From positions 62,008 through 126,007 of the forward strand of contig CAJULV010000002.1 of assembly GCA_910587555.1 (NCBI GenBank): a stretch of 64,000 nt of DNA, written 5' to 3'. How positions within the stretch are numbered: position 1 is the stretch's first letter; the number at the start of each line of letters is the position of its first letter. The translations under genes and the position numbers were made by a program. Positions 57,572-64,000 of the stretch are shown here, in pieces. Under the pieces are notes generated by a model. That model did no database searches, was not told where the DNA came from, and worked only from the letters and a program-made list of their open reading frames with translations. The stretch is from an uncultured Acetatifactor sp. (GTDB lineage Bacteria; Bacillota; Clostridia; Lachnospirales; Lachnospiraceae).

Positions 57572-60496
57572 CTACCAGTCTACGCATAACACCCCCAGCA
57601 CCTTCTCTTCTCCGCATAAACAGCTGTACCCAACCCCCGCAAGTCCTCCCAGCAAACCATAATCACCGAATTCCTGCGCTTCCATCCATGGAACCATATC
57701 ATTCTTCCCACCCCCAATGGCCTTCATAACCAAGTATTTAAACCGCGAAATCTCCTCCGCTGTGTTACTCATACGCGACATCAGCGCCAGGTTTCCGCAG
57801 ATACCATGGCACAGGCAGAGGCTTTTTTTCAGGTAAATCTGTTTCCCATCTCCCGCCGTCCTCTGTTTTTCCTCCGCAAAACCCTCAGTCCACCTCAGTT
57901 CCTCCCTGAAATCCCCCTCTGCACATTCCATTGCCTCCATTCGTGCCAAGACAATGCCACCCCATCCATGACACCATGCCATTTCCTGACTCTCCCGAAC
58001 CCGGCTTTCCCCGCCGCGCAAATCCTCCCAATCCAACATATCTTCTCTGTAATAATGTTCTTCATACCGGTAAGCACTGTACGCCGTCTCCAAATATTTC
58101 TTCTCCCCGGCAACATACCCAAGCCGTGTCAGGGCCAGCATAATCCCAGCTGTCCCATGGGCAAAGCCCGTTAAGGCTGTCCCTGCGGAACGGTTCACCC
58201 AGCCAGAACCATATCCGTAATCTGTTGCCGCCCGTATTAACCAGTCCCCTGCTTCCCTTGCCCATACCAGGTAGCAGCCCTCGCCTGTCAGCCTATACGC
58301 TTTCAGGAAAACCAAAATAGCCCCTGCATTCCCGCCCAATACATCATATTCCCGATCCCCTTCTAACCCTCTGGCAGCTGCCTGGCACTGCTTCCGCAAA
58401 TACTCCAGGAAAATGCAATCCCCATAGATATCGTAGAACAGCATATAGGCAAACGCCAGCGAAGCCTCTCCCGTATATGCCCCTGTAAACCGCTTTCCCA
58501 CTCCCCTCTCCTGAAATAGAGCATCCGTATGCCGGAAGAGCATGTCCACCAAAACCTTCCGCAGCCTTTCATATTCTTCCTTATCCGTTTTCCCTGAAAG
58601 CTCTGCCATAAACAGCGTGACCCCCGCCAGCCCGCCATACAGACTGTAGTCCATGGGCCGTATCAGGCAGCTTCTCTCTCTGAATCCCGTTGCCATCATA
58701 CTGATCCACCCCACTTCTTTACCGTCCTCCGACCATATAGCATTCTCCAGCAGAATATCTCCAATCCGTTCCGCTGCCCTGATTCTGAACCCTTCTGCTT
58801 CCTCCTGCCCCCCGGTTCCCAAACTGCCGGAGGCAACTCCCACCTTCCCTGCTTCCCGCAGGTATCCCTGCTCTGTTTCCCGCTTCGCCCCCATCAGCAA
58901 TGCTGTGCGGATCAGCCTCTGCTGCCTTCTCAGATCCTCTGCCCCCATACGCCCCAGGCGCCTTTGGATGCATTTCAGTACCGGATACTCGAAGTATCCT
59001 TTCAACCTTTCCCCTGTCCCGCTATACATCTGCCGCCCACCGGGACAGTAGGTGAAAATGGGGACATCTCCCCGCCTTAATTCCTCCTGTTCCTGCTTCC
59101 TAATCCACTCTCCTGCCTCCCCGGCTGCATCATTCAGCACATCCCAAACAAGCTTCCGCCCTTCCTCTCCCGTCAGCATATCCGGATGCCCCATAGCCTG
59201 CAGCAACATAAAGTACATCTGCGTATCTCGCACCACATATCGGACATCCGCATTCCGGAACTGCCACAGCTTCTCCCAAACTTCCCTTTTTCGTCCGGAT
59301 AGAAATCCATAAGCATCCTCAAATCCTCTCTGAATTTCTTCCAGAAATTCAGCAGGCTCAATAAACTCCCCCTCCAGGACAGCCAGATTTTTCCCTTCCC
59401 CTGTCTCAGGCTTCCGGTACTCGATATGCATATTTATGGTGCCAGGCTCCGCCACCATGGGCACTTTCACCGAAGCCAGCTGCCCTCCTTTCCCGTTAAT
59501 GGCACTTACATTTATGCCCTCCCCGTCCCTGTTCCATGTATATAAGGGAAGAAGCCCTGTCTGCAGCACTGATTCTCGGTAAAATCGCTCCGTATTCCCC
59601 ATCTCCCTGTCCTGCCCCATCCCCCGGCTTCCCACTATCATCTCCAAATCCACGATAACCGGATATTCACCGCAGGCAATCAGGTTCTCGTAATGAATGT
59701 CTTCAGAACCTAACAAATAGCTGACACACAGCAGAATACCATTCCTGTAATAATACCGCTCCAATTCTTCCCGGGAATGGCAGGCAGACCCGGATACCCA
59801 CTGGCACCAGCCATAGCTTGCTCTGTCCCAGGCACAGTTCCACCAGAAAGGCACTCCAAGCCCCCTGAAAACCCATCCGAGGAACGCCGTATATTCTTCA
59901 TCTATTGCAAGGCTCCTTGGCTTATATACCAGCTTCTCCCCATTATCTGCTTCCAGAATCAAAACTCTTCGCCCATGCCTGTGGGCATCCGTACTCCCGC
60001 CGCCAAGCCTTTGGATATTCCTGCACGGGTTCCCCTGGAAAAACCTGCTGTTGATACCCTCCCTGTCCTCCGTGAACCGATCCATTGCTTCCCCTATATT
60101 CCGCACAAAATCCCCCAGGGTTCTCAGCACGCCTTCATACATCAGGGGATATGCATCGTATACCTCCCGTAGGTAATCCGGGTTCCCCAGAAAATCCTCC
60201 TCAAAGCAGGCATACTTCTCCTCTCCTGTAAACCCTTTCAGAGAGCCTTCTTCCTCACAGATTTCCATCTCCAGCAAAAATGTCCGTAGGGTAATCCTCT
60301 TCATTTGACCCAGATACGCATCCATCAATTCCCTGGTTAATTCTGGAACCGCGGCTCTCCTGGCACTTCCCATTTCATCCAGGCAACGCAGCAACGCCCG
60401 CTGTAAATGGTCATAATACTGCTCAAATACACCGCCTTTGGTATCCCCGCCACCAACTGTCTCCCAATACCATTGTTCCAGTAATGCCTTCTCCAT
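57572..60496 (-). CDS. lanM: Class II lanthipeptide synthetase
   Basis: YKPRS, DIHYENL, IVDLE, RDTQMY dehydratase motifs; GFAHG, WCHG, CLCHG cyclase motifs; start set at ATG 60496. Confidence 0.95.
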   Translation of the reverse strand: MEKALLEQWYWETVGGGDTKGGVFEQYYDHLQRALLRCLDEMGSARRAAVPELTRELMDAYLGQMKRITLRTFLLEMEICEEEGSLKGFTGEEKYACFEEDFLGNPDYLREVYDAYPLMYEGVLRTLGDFVRNIGEAMDRFTEDREGINSRFFQGNPCRNIQRLGGGSTDAHRHGRRVLILEADNGEKLVYKPRSLAIDEEYTAFLGWVFRGLGVPFWWNCAWDRASYGWCQWVSGSACHSREELERYYYRNGILLCVSYLLGSEDIHYENLIACGEYPVIVDLEMIVGSRGMGQDREMGNTERFYRESVLQTGLLPLYTWNRDGEGINVSAINGKGGQLASVKVPMVAEPGTINMHIEYRKPETGEGKNLAVLEGEFIEPAEFLEEIQRGFEDAYGFLSGRKREVWEKLWQFRNADVRYVVRDTQMYFMLLQAMGHPDMLTGEEGRKLVWDVLNDAAGEAGEWIRKQEQEELRRGDVPIFTYCPGGRQMYSGTGERLKGYFEYPVLKCIQRRLGRMGAEDLRRQQRLIRTALLMGAKRETEQGYLREAGKVGVASGSLGTGGQEEAEGFRIRAAERIGDILLENAIWSEDGKEVGWISMMATGFRERSCLIRPMDYSLYGGLAGVTLFMAELSGKTDKEEYERLRKVLVDMLFRHTDALFQERGVGKRFTGAYTGEASLAFAYMLFYDIYGDCIFLEYLRKQCQAAARGLEGDREYDVLGGNAGAILVFLKAYRLTGEGCYLVWAREAGDWLIRAATDYGYGSGWVNRSAGTALTGFAHGTAGIMLALTRLGYVAGEKKYLETAYSAYRYEEHYYREDMLDWEDLRGGESRVRESQEMAWCHGWGGIVLARMEAMECAEGDFREELRWTEGFAEEKQRTAGDGKQIYLKKSLCLCHGICGNLALMSRMSNTAEEISRFKYLVMKAIGGGKNDMVPWMEAQEFGDYGLLGGLAGVGYSCLCGEEKVLGVLCVDW

Positions 60497-60526
60497 CTGT
60501 TTACCCTCGCTCTTCCTACTTTCTGT

Positions 60527-60555
60527 AAAAAAAGAAGGCATCCCTGCCTTCTTTT
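60527..60555 (-). terminator. Hairpin plus U7 between lanA and lanM
   Basis: Minus strand AAAAGAAGGCA-GGGA-TGCCTTCTTTTTTT. Confidence 0.85.
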
Positions 60556-60564
60556 CCAATACAC

Positions 60565-60732
60565 TCAACAACAGGCAATAGTCAATATCGTATCACATCC
60601 CAACGTTATAGTAGCCATACTATCCTCTGCCCCAGCCTCTAGTAGTCTCTTGATTTCATCAAACTCTCTTTCTAGGCTTCCTGCTGATGTTTCATGCCCA
60701 TATTTTACCTTTCTGATTTCTGCCCTGCTCAT
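60565..60732 (-). CDS. lanA: Class II lanthipeptide precursor, 55 aa (not in ORF track)
   Basis: AGGAGG RBS 5 nt before ATG; MSRAEIRKVKYGHETSAGSLEREFDEIKRLLEAGA-EDSMATITLGCDTILTIACC*; directly upstream of lanM. Confidence 0.9.
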   Translation of the reverse strand: MSRAEIRKVKYGHETSAGSLEREFDEIKRLLEAGAEDSMATITLGCDTILTIACC

Positions 60733-60800
60733 ATTTACCTCCTATTTTCGTTTTATGTTTAATCGCCTCATTCCTTTCTTCCACTTTCAACTATCTGGAT

Positions 60801-60830
60801 TCCAATAGCACTATTGCGGCTCCCAATAGT
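60801..60830 (-). promoter_or_regulatory. Putative LytTR direct-repeat operator upstream of lanA
   Basis: CCAATAG at 60802 and 60823 (21-bp period); 25/30 identical to 57531-57560. Confidence 0.75.
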
Positions 60831-60839
60831 TATCTCGCC

Positions 60840-62168
60840 TTATGCAAATCCCTTCAGGTATACTATCAGCTTAAAAGTATTTTCTTCTGCCTCTATCTGC
60901 ATATGCCCTTCATACCGCTTCACTACCTGCTGGATACTCCGCATTCCTAATCCATGGCGGGCTTTTTTATCCTTTTTCGTAGTTCTCGGAATCTCCCCAT
61001 TAAACTTAAGTTTCCCTCCTGTCTTACTATTGGAAGCGATTATCACCAACATCATCCCCTTCCTGGTGCATTTCAAATCTATCCAACGTTCTACCCCTTC
61101 CGCCAGGCCCTGATTCGCCTCTATGGCATTATCTAGGATATTCGAAATTAACGCCACAATTTCCACAGAACTAAGAAGCAAGCCGTCCATATCGCACATC
61201 GCGTATTGAACAGCAATTCCTGAAGCCTCCCCCTCCTTCATTTTCCTTTTCAATACCAGATTCAGCATTCCGTGATTCACCAGTTTTCTGTTTATATCTT
61301 TTTTCAATTCTATATCAATTTCCTCCAGATGGCCAAGCGCCTCCTTTCCCCTGCCTGTCTCTATTAAATCCTGCATGAACTGCTTATGTTTACTGAAATC
61401 ATGCTGCAGTATCTCTATTTTCTCATAAGCCTGCTGCCATATCCGATACTCATTTTCTATTGCCTCCATCTTCTGCTGTAAATTTCGGGAACTCTCCCTG
61501 GTATGCTGTAAAGCTACATATGCCAGGAAACACACCATGATAAGCAAGCTCCCCAATAGGAAAAACCACCAATTATATATCAACATCTCTGAAAACATAG
61601 CGAGATAAATTCTCTGAAAATACGTCACACACACAAATAACGGCAGTACCAGAACCCATACCCATCTTAGACAATGTTCAAGCTCCCGTTTCCTCTGCCA
61701 TACCAGCCGACACACAGGGCGCAGCCCCCACAGCAAAACCGCCGCCCCCAACAGTTGATAAACAGCCCTTGGAACAGCAGCTATCAAAAAGAGTTCCCTC
61801 TGTAATCCCGCAAAACCCAATAATATATAAGCCAGCGTCTGAAGCAAAAGGTCCACCAAAACCATCATCATCCACAATATATATCCCAGGCAAAAAGAAT
61901 TCGCATATCTGCAATGATACAGATATCTGGTAACCCCTGCTATCCATAAAATAATCAATATTGTAAAAGCCTTGGAAAACAGGGCAGGACTCATCATGTT
62001 ATTAACTGTATTCATCCCGGCAACAAAAATCACAGAGAACACATATGTAATCCTACGCTTCCACACATCCACTCTCGGCTCCCAAATCGCCCCCGCCAGC
62101 CTCAGCGTAATCAACACTTTTACCGCGGTGAACAAAAACTCACAGCAAAAATAAAATCCCCTTACCAT
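60840..62168 (-). CDS. AgrC-like polytopic GHKL sensor histidine kinase
   Basis: About 6 TM helices, HDFSKH H-box, NILDNAIEA, HGLGM. Confidence 0.9.
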   Translation of the reverse strand: MVRGFYFCCEFLFTAVKVLITLRLAGAIWEPRVDVWKRRITYVFSVIFVAGMNTVNNMMSPALFSKAFTILIILWIAGVTRYLYHCRYANSFCLGYILWMMMVLVDLLLQTLAYILLGFAGLQRELFLIAAVPRAVYQLLGAAVLLWGLRPVCRLVWQRKRELEHCLRWVWVLVLPLFVCVTYFQRIYLAMFSEMLIYNWWFFLLGSLLIMVCFLAYVALQHTRESSRNLQQKMEAIENEYRIWQQAYEKIEILQHDFSKHKQFMQDLIETGRGKEALGHLEEIDIELKKDINRKLVNHGMLNLVLKRKMKEGEASGIAVQYAMCDMDGLLLSSVEIVALISNILDNAIEANQGLAEGVERWIDLKCTRKGMMLVIIASNSKTGGKLKFNGEIPRTTKKDKKARHGLGMRSIQQVVKRYEGHMQIEAEENTFKLIVYLKGFA

Positions 62169-62887
62169 TGTCTCCCCCAATACTTCGCAATCTCATCCTT
62201 CACCTTTGTCAGCCTGTACCGGCTCACAGGCAGACGCACGCTGTCTGCCAGGGTGATTTCTTCCTTTTCCAGGCAGGTGATGTATTCCATATTGATGATA
62301 TGCCCCCTGTTGATATAGAGGAAGCTTTCCTTCGGCAGCTTTTCGTACGCTTTCTCCAATGGCAGCTTCTCACTGTAATCCTCCCCGCCGAAGCAGTGGA
62401 TAATGGTATATTTCTTTTTCTTCTCCTTCTCCAGGTACACAATCTTGTCCAGACGGAGCAGCTTCTTCATCTCGTCATTTTCCAACAGATAGATGTCTTC
62501 CCTGGCCTTCCTCTGCCGCTCCCTCCATATCCCGGCCAGGGCATCCGGAAGCTCTGCCTCATACCTTTCTTTTACGATATAGTCATAGGGCCTTACCTTA
62601 TAAGCCGGCAGGGCATATTTTTCATAGTTGGATAAGATTATAATATCGGCATCCCCATCTCTTTCCTTAAGCCGTTTCGCCAGTTCCAGGCCGTCCATCC
62701 CTGAAAGCTCCACGTCCAGGATATAGATGTCACGGCTTCCTCCGCCCTCTGCCGCCTCCATCAGCGTATCTCCCGCCGTCACGCACAGGATATCAGCCTC
62801 TTCCCCTGCCTCCTCGCAGTATTTCCTGGCAATCTCCTCCGCCTTCTTCCCAAATTCCCTGTCGTCATCCACAATCGCTATCCGCAT
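62162..62887 (-). CDS. LytTR-family response regulator (AgrA-like)
   Basis: IAIVDDD, LDVELSGMDG, DYIVK; LytTR FLYINRGHIINM, LPVSR. Confidence 0.92.
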   Translation of the reverse strand: MRIAIVDDDREFGKKAEEIARKYCEEAGEEADILCVTAGDTLMEAAEGGGSRDIYILDVELSGMDGLELAKRLKERDGDADIIILSNYEKYALPAYKVRPYDYIVKERYEAELPDALAGIWRERQRKAREDIYLLENDEMKKLLRLDKIVYLEKEKKKKYTIIHCFGGEDYSEKLPLEKAYEKLPKESFLYINRGHIINMEYITCLEKEEITLADSVRLPVSRYRLTKVKDEIAKYWGRQW

Positions 62888-63044
62888 AATCCTTCCCCTT
62901 CCTTTGTATCCCCCCATGGCTCATTCACCTTCCTGCATGGAAAACTGTGCGGCACGGCTTGACAGCAGATCCGGAAAAATCGCCTGTTCACCTTTAACAG
63001 TCCGCACGAAAGATGAAACTGATAACCTTCTTTCTTGGTATTAT

Positions 63045-64000
63045 TTATCCGATCATAAAATAAGTCTCTCCCTGCAGCAGCCTGCCGAAGAAAACCAGGC
63101 CGCAGAACAGCTGGTAAGCCAGCACGCATCCGCAGATGCCAAATGCTAACCTGTAAAACAGGCAATGCCCCTTTCTTTTCAGCAGGAGAAGCCACTTCTC
63201 CAGGCTGAATACAAAAATCAGAAACAGCGCAATAGAATAGCCCCACAGGAAATTACCGTCCCGGGAGCGGCTTCCCGTTTCCACCAGAAGCAGCGCCTCC
63301 AGGAAACCCGCTCCTGTCATCCCCCATGCAAAGAGATAGCGCCTGTCACGCAGAAGCTCCCCTGCGGAGAACAGCAGCACAAGCAGCGGAAACGCGGCGG
63401 AACACAACACTGCTACTTTCGTCCTGCTGGCATGAAGGGAAAAGGTATACCAGGGAGACAGCGCAATGCCATGTCCCGTGTCCGTCCCGAACAGTACCAT
63501 ATTCTGCCACAGTATCACACCGCAGGCCGGAAGCACCGTGCTTCCCAGCAGAAATACCTGTTTAAACGGCGCCTTTCCGCACAAATCCGCCAGCAGCTTC
63601 ACAGCCAGCACCGGTGCAAATACCGTGAGAAAGCTGGGTTTGATGCCCGTACATAATGCCAGGAGTCCCGCCAGAATAAGCCATTGCCTGCCGGAAACAC
63701 AGTCCCTGTATCCCTTCTCTGTCTTCAGATAGTAAATCACGGCCGCCAGCGCAGCCGGTTTCATAATCTGGTAGGTGGAATTGTGCCAGATATTCCCCGC
63801 CTGATAACTCACATACCGGTATTCCCCCGCGTAACGCCAGAAAAACGGCATCACCAGATTCAGCAGCAATGCGCAGCCCAGGGTCAGGGCATCCGCCCCC
63901 TCTCTCCCCAGCAGAAGCGCCAGCAGCCTCTCCGTCAGAAAAATGCACAGTACCGAAGCCGCTGCCAGGAACAGGGCGATCAGCACCGTACCGTTTCCCC
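63045..64000 (-). CDS. Polytopic membrane protein, probably glycan modification (5' end outside window)
   Basis: Frame open to window edge; many TMs; WHNSTY, KPSF, DGNF motifs. Confidence 0.7.
   Translation of the reverse strand, partial: GNGTVLIALFLAAASVLCIFLTERLLALLLGREGADALTLGCALLLNLVMPFFWRYAGEYRYVSYQAGNIWHNSTYQIMKPAALAAVIYYLKTEKGYRDCVSGRQWLILAGLLALCTGIKPSFLTVFAPVLAVKLLADLCGKAPFKQVFLLGSTVLPACGVILWQNMVLFGTDTGHGIALSPWYTFSLHASRTKVAVLCSAAFPLLVLLFSAGELLRDRRYLFAWGMTGAGFLEALLLVETGSRSRDGNFLWGYSIALFLIFVFSLEKWLLLLKRKGHCLFYRLAFGICGCVLAYQLFCGLVFFGRLLQGETYFMIG

Noticed and set aside
57435..57617. 60-aa ORF as a second precursor
   Set aside because: Overlaps the lanM end and the promoter/operator; single Cys and no leader features.
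60497..60571. ORF-track N-terminal extension of LanM
   Set aside because: Overlaps the lanA stop and its terminator hairpin; ATG 60496 is more plausible.
40430..63045. Mobile element boundaries for the RiPP island
   Set aside because: No integrase, transposase, tRNA or flanking direct repeat found by eye.

Overview
Window from a high-GC Firmicute, most likely Lachnospiraceae (inference from gene content). Nearly all genes are on the minus strand, in three blocks. (1) 1-6.6 kb is housekeeping: the 5' part of dusB, hsp20 under a perfect CIRCE/sigmaA promoter, a small CBM2-like gene remnant, pgm and a hybrid histidine kinase. (2) 6.7-40.4 kb is a large surface-glycan locus: GT2, a methyltransferase/kinase-like protein, Wzm/Wzt, rmlCAB, two GH25 muramidases, SGNH and membrane proteins, wecE, GtrB/GtrII, and pseG-pseI-pseH-ACP-FkbH-pseF with a flippase-type ABC and a sialyltransferase-like GT, suggesting an N-glyceroyl pseudaminic acid. 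(3) 40.8-62.9 kb is a two-peptide RiPP island and the most interesting part. A LytTR/GHKL (AgrAC-like) pair is followed by a 55-aa class II lanthipeptide precursor missing from the ORF track (60565-60732) and an intact LanM. Next comes an AT-rich radical-SAM cassette (ACP, PaaK-like ligase, SPASM rSAM, TIGR04066-like protein, ACP-like protein, Cys-rich CLI_3235-type precursor, ABC exporter), then a BtrH-like protein, AMP-ligase, S8 peptidase and a binding-protein/permease/adaptor module. The same 30-bp direct-repeat element precedes both lanA and the rSAM operon. My inference is a lanthipeptide-pheromone circuit controlling an acylated radical-SAM peptide. Family names come from motif recognition, not database searches.
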